Shown: in pieces, positions 36,801-59,487 of the stretch
Position numbering within the stretch: position 1 is the stretch's first letter
Layout: each line of letters opens with the position of its first letter
DNA from: Lingula anatina
Lineage: Eukaryota > Animalia > Brachiopoda
Length of the DNA stretch: 64,000 bases
Assembly: GCA_051362555.1 (NCBI GenBank)
Contig: CM120649.1
Location: 6,386,001 to 6,450,000, forward strand
Direction of reading: 5' to 3'
Translations under genes and position numbers: made by a program
The notes under the pieces: generated by a model
Databases searched by the model: none
What the model was told of the DNA's origin: nothing
The model's input: the letters and a program-made list of their open reading frames with translations, nothing else

Positions 36801-39800
36801 AAATTTGTCTCTTTCTTTTGCCTTCAAAATTTGCAATGCACGCCCTTGCGATTTCTTACTTTTCTGTGTAAATATAATGAATTTATTCAAACGCTTATCA
36901 AGTTATAATAAGACAAAACGAAATAAGGTCTATTTTTTTCTTTTAGATATTTTCTTTTAAAAAAGACAGGCATAGAATAATCAATGAAAGTTAAAGGTAC
37001 TTTAATTACATATACCTTATGATAAGTGATTCTTTTTAGCCGATGTTTTGTCGGACAGCTCATTTTACTCTTCGTAAGACCAACGCCGTCAAAAAATGGG
37101 CAGACACACATGAAATTCATGTGAGCATTTGTAGATTGAATGTTTTCCTTTGTGAAGGCCATTTCAGCGCTGGTAAGCAGGTCAATCCTTCCATCGTGCA
37201 AAAAATATAATGTAAAGGAAAGATCGGATTTCTTGTCGTTAAACGACATTAACCAAAACCACACGCGTGACCAGAATGACAGTGTGCCAAGCTTGGTGAC
37301 TCGAGCGCATGATCTCATTATGTAGACCTCGGCTCCTTCACGGTGACACACTTTCCTTCCATTTTTACTTCCAGTGGTGGGGGCTGATAGGAAATATCCA
37401 TTTTATTTCTATTCAGTATGGACAGGTCGTATCTTTGAATCACGGCTAAATGACCCGTCCGGATGGATGAGAGAGAAAACCAAGTTTTTTTTTCTTTTTT
37501 GATAGATGAGGGGTGGCGTTATTTTAAATTAATTGGTAATAGGTAATTGGGAGGGGGATTGAGAAAGAAAAGTATATAGATAGTTGGAGAGGGGCAAGGG
37601 TGAAGGGAGGGGGGTAGAGGGTTAATACATGTATTTTATGTACTTCTGTTGCTCCCTCACTTTCCATAAGCCAAATCTTAGATTTTTTATTCATCGCAAG
37701 AGTAAGTGATCAGGCCCTTTTTTATTTTTCATTTAATAATGATAATAATATTAATGCAATGTAATTAATTTCTTCGAGTCGAATTAGAGAGATTACTTCC
37801 CGTTTGGATGAAAACAAAAAGCGCCGATAACCGAAACAATTCTAATGATGAGAACATTGTCATAGTCATAATTGAACTGGGGATATTATCAACATCAAAG
37901 CCACATCCCGGCCAGTCAGACCAGTGTAATGGCTGATGTCAGGTTATTGTCTGCACTGACCGCTTCCCGTCTGTCCGAAGATCAAGTAAATCTGTGACAA
38001 ACCACTAACCCTGCATTTTGGGAAATGTTTGTTTACTTTTACCACGGGTTTGTTGTTGTTCGCTTTGGTAATATATAATTGACCAACACGAGTCCAGAGT
38101 CCTGTTAAATACAGTGTTTAATTCTTCCCTATAAAATAATTTCTCTATACGATTTATTCTGGAAGTATCTCTAAACCATAATATTAAAGGTATAAATACT
38201 ACAGAACATGGAAAGGTAAACTGCATAAATAAAATCGTTATAATATTACAAAGAAGAAACAGAAAATGATTTAAAGACATCAAGAATACATTTCTGCCCT
38301 CAGCTCGTGCGAAAGGCAGCATCTCGGAGAGGTCCCACTGCCCGCCACAAAGTTTACACTCTTGTGAATGAATTTGGTCATTTATCGTCAGGTTCAACTC
38401 AATTTTTTTTTCATAAAATTAGGTTACGAGTAAACTGACAGGTAGACCCTGGCAGGAAGGACGGAAGAAAATCCTGCCACAAGGAAGTTGACCACACAAT
38501 ATCAGTAGGGTCTATTCGGTTGGTCCGTTAGGTTGTATGTAGGGGTATTCCCCGTAACGTCTGTCCATAAATCTTAACACTAAACTGCATAGTCATAGCC
38601 TTTAATCACGGCAGCCTTCCCCATTGATAGGTCAAGGTGACCCCCTTTTTTTAAAGACAGGTGAATCAACAGGTGAATGAAACCGAAAGACGGAAATCCA
38701 CAGGTGACATAACGAATTCCAGGGTTGAATTTATGAAGAAGTTTTATTGATATTTCTTCAAAAGATTTTTTTGAAAAATATTGGCATAAATTGAAGGTGA
38801 ATAACACGACAAATACTGAAATGTTGATAGTAATTAATAAAGATGATTTTGACTCAAGCTTTAAGTCTCTTTGTATACATCGAAACATACAGACAATTGA
38901 GCCGATGGTTTGATGATAATGATACGTCGAAGGAGGAAACCGCCGATGAGATAATCATTACACGATTGACGTACAGTTCGATTATCAGTATCTGAGAAAA
39001 TGGTGTAAGCTCATGGGCGGGGGAGTGCCAGCGAAATCTCATCAGATAAAGAGACAGAGCTTTGACGCGAAAAAAAAAAAAAAAAAAAACTCAACAAACG
39101 TAATACAGAAAGAGGCTATGATATATCTAATGGTAAAACTGGTGATTTTTTGTACTCATATTAATATACATATTATGTATTTTATTTATATATATATTTA
39201 CGGTACTGTCACAGAAATAAATCTATTTTAAATAAAATACTCGAATTGCCAAGTGTTCGTGTAACTAATATTTCCTACGATTAACCAACCATCCCAAAGG
39301 AAACAAGTCTTTTTAAAACAGAAAAGACTATTTAAAATGTTCCCACGGCAAAACCGTGTCGCTTGTAAAGTATTATTGAGAAAGCGTAAGATAATGACAT
39401 AATATCACTCTGTCAATAAACTACATTTATCTTTTTGTTCCCACTTTTTCTTCCGTTTTTTTTTCTTTTTTTTTTCTTTTTTTTTTTTTAAGAACGTTAC
39501 GCATAAAATAATGCGATTTTTTCAAGAATATTACTCTGTCGCAGTTTATCAGTAAAATTGCCGCTTAGAGGAAGTAAACAACCAGGAAGAGAAAAAAACT
39601 ATAACTTATATAATATAAAGATTTAAAAATGAATAAAATCCAAAACAAATCTAAGACAAAAAGTGAGTAACAGGGGTGGTCTTGTCTTCGCTACGCTAAG
39701 ACACCTGAATAGACCTTTCAGGTGTGTGTACAGGGTTTAACGAAATAAAATGCACCAAAAATATAACAATAAACTTGCTTTATTTTTAATACAGTATTGA

Positions 39801-39942
39801 AGGACATCTAATTTACAAAGTTAACGACTGGTTTTAGTGCGAAAGAAGAGAAAACTAAGAAAGCGAATAGAATTTATAAAAAGAAACAACTCTAAACATG
39901 TTAAAAATTTTATTGACACCCTGTTAGAGAAGGGGTACTGAG

Positions 39943-40078
39943 TGACGTCACGAGAGGCTTCACCCATATATGGTCATATCGGTCAAAAGAATAGGGAAAC
40001 CCCTGCTAGAGCAATAGACCGAGTAGCTGAGTGTCGCGTGCTTATTATTTCAATGACTCACGAGCAGGGCATATAAAA
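39943..40078 (+). promoter_or_regulatory. MMP proximal promoter: CRE, CArG, kB, AP-1, TATA
   Basis: TGACGTCA 39943-39950, CCATATATGG 39964-39973, GGGAAACCCC 39994-40003, TGACTCA 40054-40060, TATAAAA 40072-40078; ATG at 40208. Confidence 0.8.
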
Positions 40079-40207
40079 GGAACGCGCAGGGGCTTCTTAA
40101 GTAGATCAAGATAGAGCGTAAAGTGCAAGGAAACGGAAGATCGACATACAGTATACTTACACGAAACTTACCATAAATCTGAAACTTTTTGAGAATTTTA
40201 AGTGACA

Positions 40208-49020
<8,813 letters not shown>

Positions 49021-49658
49021 GGGCGGTGTGTTTTTGACTGGGAGAGAGAGTTTTTTTGTTTGTCTGCCTGTCTGTCTGTCTGTCTGTTCGTGTGATTGCG
49101 CGAGAAGAATTTACAATGAATCAGTATTGCACAAGAGCATTTACACATTTCTGTTAAGCTTGTATTTTAAGTACACAGACTTTTTTCATTAGATGAGAAA
49201 ATATGAACGCCGTTATCCACTATTAGTGCATATTTCCATTTTTGAAACAAAATTGTAAACTTCTATTTGTCTTTGTTTAGTCATTCAAGTTATATTTCAC
49301 ATCCAATTTGTTTTTTAACAATTGTCCAATTGTCTTTTGAAAGATAATCTTGTATGTTGATAGAACAATTACATTGTATTTATACTAATGTGAACATTTT
49401 TAAGATATTAGTAAGATCATTTGTAGGTGTTAGAGATCCCCATTTTATGCCATTTGTATATTAAGTCTGCATTTTCATGACACCAGATCAAATCCATTTC
49501 TTAACCAGCAGGCATTATATGTAGCTTTAAGTGTTTTCTATCCTCCTTTATTTAATACTTTTTAAATTGTCATTTTGCATTTTATAAAAAAATACATTAC
49601 AGTTCTGTGACATTGACTGTCATGTGACATGCGCTGGCGCATGTTTTCATACTCATGC

Positions 49659-49664
49659 AATAAA
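49659..49664 (+). terminator. Candidate MMP polyadenylation signal
   Basis: AATAAA about 640 bp after the stop, followed by a T/GT-rich stretch. Confidence 0.5.
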
Positions 49665-50153
49665 CTGTTTGAAATTATTTCTTCATGATTGTTGTTATTT
49701 GATATGTTGAATGGATTACTGCTTATATTCTTCTTTGTTCAACTTCTGTATTGCTTTCTTAGACAGCATTCCTACCACAAAGACTTTCACCTTTACTGTT
49801 GACAAGATTTCTTGCCTACCTGACACAGAATTTCATGTTTTCTAGTTTCGTATGATGTTATGCAGTGCCAAAATCTTGGACAATTTCAATTGCAACACAC
49901 CGAATGTGTCAAAGCTTAGTCAGTTGACATAATCAGTAAACACTGGACTTGTCTATCAAAGGCATTAGATCATAAAGGTTTTAACATAAGAAGACCAACA
50001 ACCATTTTTCTGCTTACAAAGAAGGCATCATCTCTTACATTTATTTTAAAAAATAAAATGCCAAAACTGTTTGAGCTTGTATAATGCACTGGAGTGTAAG
50101 TATATTAATTTCCCTGAGGCAACCAAGCACTATACACTAGTGAAACACTTATA

Positions 50154-50414
50154 CAGTAGACTCTGTATAACTTCTTTGCACTGGGGCCAGAAAATGTCTT
50201 TCAATTCTGCAAAGATCTGAATGACTCCTAATCAGAAGGCTACATAACTCAGTTATTTTTGGACCCTGAAATTAATTACTTGTCCAAAGATTTCGAGTTA
50301 CTCAATGTTCATAAGACTTGTACCGAAGCAAAATAAAAAAATCTGTTCCAAAAGATTGGTTTGAAATAAACAATATTTTAAAAAGTGAAGAAACGAGTTA
50401 TGCAGAGTGAACTG
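50154..50414. mobile_element. pogo/Tigger-like MITE with TA TSD
   Basis: TA-CAGTAGACTCTGTATAACT...AGTTATGCAGAGTGAACTG-TA imperfect TIR. Confidence 0.7.
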
Positions 50415-51080
50415 TATGCACATGTACAGTGTAGGATAAATATTCCATATGACAATAACTGAAATTTGCTAAAATTGATCAAACATTTCAAAAAATCATA
50501 TAACAGGATAAAGGATTATTTCTCAGTCCACAACAGTTTTAAAGCTTAAAAAGTATATAACTGCTTAAAAACAGAAAGGTGTAACAAAATAGTTATCCAG
50601 CACAAAACAGGCCTGAGGCACTTGATAGAGAATATTTCTAGGTATATCACAACATTTTATATCATCAGGGGTTGGGTCATAAGATATGACAACAAATATT
50701 TTCCACAACAAGCAATAAAACAATATAACTCTCAGGCTGTTTGGGATAAAATAACCAAGTCCATCAACAAATGTCCTAAGTTTTTTTTTCACCACAATGA
50801 CCTCCAACAATGCGAAGGTCACAATAATGTCTGATGTCCAGGAAGGGGTTTTTGAATCAACACAATTCAGATAAAAACGTTCTCTTATTTTCAGTATTCT
50901 GAACTGTTGAGTTGTAAAATTAAAATATTCCAAAGAATCATGATCAACTGTTCACCCTGTGCAGCCTCGATAGCAATCATGACTTTCAGCAAGTGTTCTG
51001 AAGGTGTGGCCTTAAACCAAGTCTGTACCAGTTGTTCACCCTGCAAGGCCTCTTATTGCAATCCATGCACTGACGTAAAC

Positions 51081-54000
51081 TTACATGGCTTTTACCCTCC
51101 CTGGCCTCACAATGGGAAGAAGAGACCCCTACAAAAGCAGAGAAACAAGGTGCAGATTCAAAACTGAATTGAGTTAAAAAATGCTGTACATCAAATTGAC
51201 ACATATTTGTGAGGATGGAAAATAAACATGATAATGATGAATATTTTTACCTGATATTTGTTTGACTAAATAAAGAAAAAGTCTCTAAACACAAATGTGA
51301 GGAAAGATAATATCAACATTTATTGAAAAAAATCAGCATTTTTGTCTTATCTTAAAATTTTAATCTAATGAGAAAAAAAAAAAACGTTTCCCCAAAATGA
51401 ATCACATTAATTTTGTTTATATCTTACCTATCATTTTAGTTCAATAATTGCTTTATCTCTAGACTCTTGCAAAATAAATTAAAATTTCTGAGTAGACATA
51501 TTTCATTTTTTCAAACTTTATGGTGGTTCGAATCATAAACATGAAACATTTCCTACAAACAACACATTTCAGACATTCAAGTAATAAACAATATGTTCAA
51601 AAGTTTGCCAGATAATACCATACCTCAATCACTGGGTTTTTCTTTAAGTACACTAGTCTTGCATGAGCCCTTTTAAATAGAAAACAAATTAACGTATAAT
51701 TGAAGTTCATGCAGTCATGGACAAATTAATTTAAAATTAATCAAATTTCAATTTTAAAGGCATGAAAAAGGTCACTCAAGTAATTCTCAATTGACCAGAT
51801 TTTAGACAAAGTTAAACATGGAAGGAAAAACAAAACTGAATCACCTGATGGTTGTTACATAAATTCATTTTTTTTACATTCAAGAAATTCAAGGATTATG
51901 GTGACTGCAACAATAAATATGTCATGTGAGATACCTTCTGATGAGAGATCAGTAATTGTTGGTGGGAATTTTTCCATTTCTATAGACCCCTCCCCCACCC
52001 AAAAAAAAAAAAATGAATATTCTGGCATTTCCATAACTTTTCCCATGACCTGTTGGAATTCACGCTCACTTACGCGTATATGATGGAAGTGTATGTTCCT
52101 ATGCCTGCACCCACGTGCCACCACGCATGCATCTGCGTAAGGGGTCTTAGCGCTGCTGGTAGCCATTGCCGAAGATGTCTAGACAAATAGAAAAATATAT
52201 TCATTGGTAAAATACAGGAAACCAATTAGAAATCTGGATCATTGGTACTTGGGTGGCACCAGAGAAGTGGCAGTACAGATTCCAGTCTGTGTCAACATAG
52301 TGATACTCAGGTGACAACAGTTACAAGAGAGAGCACATTAATCTCAAATTTTGCAAGATTTTCAACAATTTCAAAATGCTCTTCTATACAACCATAAAAA
52401 AAATTAATCCAGATGATGTAGGAATATTCAAAATAGTTGCAATGAACTCCAAGCAAACTTCCTGAGTTAACTGTCAGAGTGTGATATTATAAGGATGTAT
52501 ACATGGAGTTTTAAAAATGAGAAAGGCAGGTGTTGAAGCTCAGAGAACTTGCCTAAGGTTTTCACAGTACAAGTTGTCCACATTCCACAGCAGGAAGCCT
52601 GTCCCGTAAGTGAGGATGCCCATAACAAGCAAGAAGTTGGAATGTTCAAAGTTTCTGAAACAATCAAACAGAAAAATATGCTTGAAAAAAAAACATTGAA
52701 TAATACTTCATTGTCTTAAAACAAGCATCAGCTTGAGATCTATGCTCTCTAGGAAGATGAGATCAAATCTTGATTAAACAGATCCTTAAGACAAGACATT
52801 AAATGACAATATCAGGCTTAAGCGACTTACCTGTAAACCTGTATACTGCAGGCCACAATGGCAAAAACCATAATTCCATAGGAGACCTGAAATAAAGAAT
52901 ACAAAACATGCCCAACAATTTGCACTGATTTAGAAAAACACGAAAAAAAACAAAAAACTCCACATTGGTTTTATGCTACTTGGCAAGCAACGCGAAGTTT
53001 ATATACAAAGGTCTTGACTAAACTAAATTATTGTGGTTCAAGAAGATTACGACAGACCTCCCAAGTTGGGTAAATTTCCAAACATTCTTACCCCAAACCA
53101 AGTTTTTCACAGATTCATGGGAATTGGGAATGAAAAGTAGGCGACAACTAATCAAGGTAACAATGTGAAATAAAATAATAACTTACTTGAAAAAATATGA
53201 CATTATGGGTTGTTGTATAAACCTGAAATCGTACAAAGGAAAAATTAAAATAGAGATACAACAGAACAAATAATGTGCTATGAGCACTCTCTGTAACAAA
53301 TGGTTTCTTATGCCACCTGCCACATATTTTCCTTCAATTCTAAAATATTCACTTATTTTCCTTATTGCATGTTTTTCAAATATATAACAATCTTGACAGA
53401 GACCATTGGTATTGTGATAAAAATTCAAATATTTCACTTAAAAAAAAAAGTTGTTTTAATTTGACAAATTTATGTACCAATGTTTCAATACCATTCTTGT
53501 TTTATATTATGTAGGTACTTACAACAGTAACAAATAAGCAATACAGCAGCAGTACACCCTGCAGAATTCTATTGTGACTCTTGGGTGGACTCCCTACTTC
53601 GTATCTGGAATGAAAGATGAGTGCTGTAAATTACAAGCTCAATACCCATTGCTATACTACCATTGCTCAATAGTTTATTGTTATAGTTGCCCATGAGGTG
53701 TTTTTCTATTAAAACTTCTTGTTTAGGTGTTCTCTATTAAAACTTCTTGTTTACATATAAACTCACTGTACAGTGTATGCTGGCAGTATTTCAATCTTTC
53801 ATAAATTCATCAGTCTTTTTTTTTTTAATTTTGTGAGTTTCATATAACTGAGAACTTGCATCATATATTTTGGCTTTCAATACATCTGTATTGAATATTT
53901 AACATCTAAAAACTGGAATGTAGAGATGAAAATGTATACAAGACCGATTTCCACATTACTTTTGGCACCTCCATCTTACTGCTTCGTCTATTTACTACTC

Positions 54001-55290
54001 ACAATGTATAGATAAGAAAACATGTTCCCCAAATCATAGGCATTTCATCCAACAGCTAAAAGAAGAAGAAATGTAAAATTATCATTTGGAGATTATTAAA
54101 GCACTCTCATGGAAAATGACCATCATTTCCAAAGAAAGTATATATAGTAACAGTCACCTAGATACAGTTGTATATGGACTCCTTTTTTTTTTTTCAAATG
54201 AGGTCGCCCCCAAAAAATATTGTGGAAAGCCTGTTATTGATTTGTAGCTGGAGAAGTGACTTCACCAGAAATCATATTGATTCATAGTCTATCAAGAGCA
54301 CAAAATGAAAATAAATCTTAGCAAAATGCATATTTACTACTAAGAGGCACAATGTAATTTAGGATGATAATGTACCTTTAACGTAAAACATGCCTTAGAC
54401 TACTGACAAGCCAAAGCTCTGTCATGATAGATTTTGATTTTACAAACTCTAATAGAAAAGATAAATTTAATGCTAGACTTTTTCAGTAGTACAGGAAAGA
54501 TCCAACATTGCGATTGGCACTACCGAACTTAAACCGGAAAATAAACTCGATTTGATAGTCACATGACTGGTGAGGTTATTTTAAGTGCCATACAAGGACA
54601 TGTGACCTATCATGTGACCAGTGCAACAGGTCACTGACACTCATGAAAATCATCAGTACCAGTGCATCATTTGCAAGTCCAGTATTAGTTTTATCTCTTC
54701 ATCTTATACCAGTACGATATCCCACTTAGTGTATACTGGACAAAAATGAGCCTTTACACTGTGCAAACTAATATCTGTGCAATACAGATTATAATTTTCA
54801 AATTACCTGACTTGAATACAGAAGTGTCATGTGGAAACACCAAGAACCCATCCCAACCACTGGAAACAACAACAAGGAAATATTTTAACCTATACCTATA
54901 CAATGTGAAACAAAGGTGTTAGTGCATGACATATTTTCTTTAAGTGTGAGTGAGTGCTTTGTAATATGTGTGATGTATTTTATCAATAAAAAAGAAAAAT
55001 TAATTATTTAGTAGATAAATAAATTTGACTTTACTCAGGACCACACTGTACAAGTGCATCACTTCATGATTATGATTGCAAATCATTATATTACTTTTAC
55101 CTCTCTGTTACTTCCTTATTTACATGTTCATCATGGCCATAGTTTAATAGCAACAGTGTAAGGGGTGAGGATGACACAATTGGTTAATTTGTATAGGATA
55201 AAAAGTATAATATCTCATAGAGGGGGTTTTAATTTTTTAAAATTTATTTATTTATCTATTTTTTCTATTTTATTTCATTATTTTTTATTT

Positions 55291-55325
<35 letters not shown>

Positions 55326-57347
55326 TTATTTTTAATGGTACAGACTAAGGGTGCATTCCCAGAGATTTAGATCGATCCAGAGATTAAGATTTAGATCGAC
55401 CTAACTCCCTGGGGGTTCACGCTCAATTGCAGTACCCCTTACCGACAAAATAGGCCTCCGGCAACGGTTGCAGGAGTACTCCCGCAACATGTTGCAGGAG
55501 TACTCCGGGAGTACCCCATTTTATCATGCAAATTAGTGTTGCTGGAGTACTCCCGCAAACCTCTGGCAACATTTGTGGGGATACTCCGGCAACACTAATT
55601 TGCATGATAAAATGGGGTACTCCCGGAGTACTCCTGCAACATGTTGTGGGGATACTCCGGCAACACTCATTTGCATGATAAAATGGGGTACTCCCGGAGT
55701 ACTCCCGCAACATTTGTGGGGATACTCCGGCAACACTCATTTGCATGATAAAATGGGGTACTCCCAGAGTACTCCTGCAACATGTTGTGGGGATACTCCG
55801 GCAACACTCATTTGCATGATAAAATGGGGTACTCCCGGAGTACTCCCGCAACATGTTGTGGGGATACTCCGGCAACACTCATTTGCATGATAAAATGGGA
55901 TACTCCCAGAGTACTCCCACAACATATGTTATGGGGGAACTCTGGCAGTATATGTTACAGCTAGCTACTTTACAGATCCCAAAACCAATGTAAATACAAT
56001 TTAGATTGATCAATCAAGGACAATTTAAGTAACATCTTAGTTCTTGGACCTTCACAAGTTCAGTGCCTAGAAGCTCTTTATTTGTACCAAAGCAAAACAA
56101 CTGTCATGACAAAAATAACACAACCAAGTTGTAACACTTTTCAGAAACATGTTTTTACACCATGTACAACTCAAACAATCAACTTGTAAGTCTTGAACAC
56201 AAAATAAATTTTAGTTCATAGTGTATTGCATAATTGAACAATACATGTATGCATAAACCAATTTACATGACTCTTTGGATGAATAAATAAATTAATAAAT
56301 GATCAGAAAACAAATTTGAAAATGCACTACTTGCATAATATAGCCAATATCCAAATATATATATTTAATTACAAAACAATGCATTGTTTCACTTAAAAAT
56401 GTTTAAAAGATCTAAAACAGTATTAGTCATTTGATATATGCTAATTTATCAACACAGTTATACTACGTGCTGCTAGACCTTCATTATGTACTGAAACTGA
56501 TCCTAAAAACTGAAAAAAAGTCTACAAAATTAATTAACTTAGAAATGGAAAATGTTGATACATGCAAACAGATCAATGCAAAAAAATTGAAATTTTTAAG
56601 TTTTTCAAAAAAACATTGAATTAATCTTGTTCTCAGAAGTTTGTGAGATGGGTTCATTTAATTATAATCCTATACGTCAGCCGAGCGCGCACCATAGTTA
56701 ATTACCCCCTTACAGCTTTTAGTAGGCGGGACAGACGCTAAAGCCGGCTAAGCTGACAGTAATCTAGTGAGACTCCCCACAGGGATAGATCGATCTAAAA
56801 TCTATGGAAATGGGGTCAAACAGGACACCTACACATTAGCCCAATGTGGCAGCCAACTATTCTTCCTTCAGCTGCGTCCTTAACTGCAAACAAGAGGCCA
56901 ACCAATGGAGGCAGGATCATCATTACGTTACTGATTGTGTTCCCTAGAAACAATAAATGTCATCGGTGATAATTAGTGGGTATGCATTGTATCAAGACAT
57001 AATCTTCACAAATTAAAATAAATTGAGGCACTTAAATCAATTAAATCAAAGTAAAATATAAGGAGGTTTTCACTGGTATCTAAGATTTGTGACCCCTTAC
57101 TCATTGCCCAAGTAGTGACTGATGTAAAATACACCAGAAGAAAGCTTTAATATATATATATTAATACACATTAATATATATACACAAGGAAAGCGCAGCT
57201 AAAAACTCTGTAAAATGTAGCACTCGATCTCGGCGTCTACTTACAAAATTCTGCGATGTAGTAAGACACTTCATAGTTCGTCTCGCACCAGTCCACAGTG
57301 GAGGTCACAGGACCCCAAAACCCAATCTTTTCACTTGGAGGAGCCAT
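51081..57347 (-). CDS. ACER3: Alkaline ceramidase 3-like (CREST family), 11 exons, about 264 aa
   Basis: Exons 57347-57245, 56943-56833, 54859-54807, 54055-54003, 53604-53523, 53222-53187, 52886-52831, 52654-52553, 52178-52074, 51669-51624, 51128-51081 (795 nt, in frame). Motifs: GFWGPVTSTVDWCETNY, IAEFWNTISN, VGMGSWCFHMTL, QLLDEMPM, LWNVDNLYC, TQMHAWWH. Not in the ORF track because the exons are short. The last exon is the least certain. Confidence 0.93.
55348..56817. mobile_element. Degenerate TIR element in ACER3 intron 2 carrying a nested CCC-ended repeat array
   Basis: Left end CATTCCCAGAGATTTAGATCGATC versus right end GATCGATCTAAAATCTATGGAAATG (imperfect inverted repeat). Confidence 0.55.
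55470..55955. repeat. 70-71-bp minisatellite (about 5.5 direct copies plus one inverted copy)
   Basis: Unit GGGATACTCCGGCAACACTCATTTGCATGATAAAATGGGGTACTCCCGGAGTACTCCCGCAACATGTTGTG starts near 55578, 55649, 55719, 55790, 55861. About 55480-55548 is an inverted copy. Confidence 0.93.
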
Positions 57348-58583
57348 CTTTGTGAGAGCAAGAGCTATCCGTTAGCTGGGTAGGCAGGTCAATGTAATTA
57401 TAGACCTGTAATATCCTCCCTAATGTGCACCAGGAAACATATCAGCCCGCCGGAATGTTTATTAGTATCGATGTGAATGCTACTCCCTTTTGAAACTATC
57501 CATAGCCCTATGTGGTATTTCTTTCGATAATCAAATGATAGGTAAAAATTATCAAACTTCCATCTACATATAATTTAATAATCACAAAAATCATATTTAT
57601 ATAGAGTATATGTGGTGCTTTTACTGCATAGATTAGAACTATTGAGTTGCCTGCTTTTTAATTTTGTTGCTACCACTCAAAAGGGATATGATAGGTGTAA
57701 GGTTTAGTTTACATTTATTGTGCTTGAGGAGCCGGACGTTCGGCTCATCTAATGCAACGGACATTCATTTGAATAAATGATAACTTTTCTTTCAGGTTGG
57801 CACCCATTGAGTTTGCACTCTATTTCATTCAACTCAGTGCCTTCGTAGGAGAAAGACCTACTTCACATTTTTGTTCATTTGTAGTTTCAAGATTTTGACT
57901 TACAATTTATTGTTTCAAGGATAGGCATAATTGGTGAGTTAAATGTATTGTTGTCAGCAGAAATATTTTTAACTTTGTGATGCATGTATTTATATTTAAA
58001 AAGTGAAGATTAAATTATTGTACTAAGAATTTTTATACATTTAGTTAAAACACATCTGCAGCAGAAGTTAAGTTGACACTTGTAATTTATTTCAAATATT
58101 TCATAACTAATTCATACTTAACAGCTCACATAGTGATTTGTATTATTATTTTTCTTTTCTAGTTTTTTCATGTACCATGAGCATTCTGGCATGAAATAAA
58201 CAGCGATTCAGTAACAACTTATGCCTTTCTTCACTTTTCTTGACTTTGTGTGCTATAATCTGTAAAATTCAATTTCCCCCCACTAAAAAAATTGAGTAAT
58301 TACTCAACCTTACACACTAAATTTCAAATTTTGTGTCACTTCTATATTGTTGGCTTGTGAATCAGACTTGTTGATAAAGAGAGAAAATGCATGATATCTC
58401 AGAATAGAACAGGTTTTAGAATCTGATCGTAATTTTCTTTGTTTTTTTTTGTTCTTTATGTACAAAGGACTTATAAACATACATAATGGTTTAGCAAAAT
58501 ACATTTTTCTGTCCCAATACTGAAAACAGAGGCAATTAACCACTGGTATTTTACGATTATTATTCATCTGTTGTTGTTTAAAC

Positions 58584-58585
<2 letters not shown>

Positions 58586-58631
<46 letters not shown>
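58586..58631. repeat. (TA)n microsatellite
   Basis: Direct reading. Confidence 0.95.
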
Positions 58632-58634
<3 letters not shown>

Positions 58635-59487
58635 TCCTCTAAGGAAGGTGCACTATGTAAGCAAATATAACTTATAATAATAATAATATTTTTATAAATA
58701 TCAAAAATATTATAAATACATAAGTTTGCACATGACTCCACAGCTGTCAATAGCACTTCTATTATTCCAAAATTTACCTTGGTTATAGTTACCAGTGCTA
58801 TAATAAATTATTTCTGATTGAGTAAAAGTAAAGCAGACATTAAAGCAAATGACATCATTTTTTTCCTGTAATTATTGCTATGTGCCCCTTATTAAGTTTC
58901 TTTCACAGATTTAATTAAGATGCATCATGTTTGGGTGGCTTAAACATATAATCTCACTCATCCTTGTATCCCTTCGATGAACTTCATCTGGAATTTAATT
59001 GTTTCACCACTACCCACAATAGCAATTATAAACTGACATAAATAAACAATGACTATCTTTTTCTAGCATCATTAATTTACTATTACTGACTAAACTTGTT
59101 ATTCGGAGAATATCAAATGAAATTCAAATACGACAATAAAATGACATTTGTTTATTTTCAGAAAGACTGATAACAGAAAAATGGCATGTAACGGCGCAAA
59201 CTGCATCTATAGCACACCTAGTAATCTTAAATTACCTCTCTGGTCTGCTTTACATAGTAAGAGTGAACATTCTAAATCCTGTGAATAGCTTATATTTATG
59301 TTTTTATATAATATTTTGTAAAATACTCAAGAAATGCATAATGGGTAGTTATTGTCTAAGAAACGTTTCTCTTTAAATTAATACTGTAACAGATATCCCC
59401 ATTTCTTTGTTTGATAAGACTTATGTAACTATATAGTAATAAGAATATCACAAAGTTGTAAGGTATCATTTTATAAATTGATAGTCA

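Noticed and set aside
49627-49644. Perfect hairpin ACATGCGC-TG-GCGCATGT before the MMP polyA signal
   Set aside because: An 8-bp stem is expected by chance in 64 kb; no known element matched.
55423-55964. Repetitive Cys-rich ORFs and a CRISPR-like appearance
   Set aside because: Translations of a tandem minisatellite. There are no unique spacers or cas genes, and the context is a eukaryotic intron.
56833-56943. Apparent frameshift in ACER3 exon 2
   Set aside because: Recounting gives 111 nt in frame; it was my misreading.
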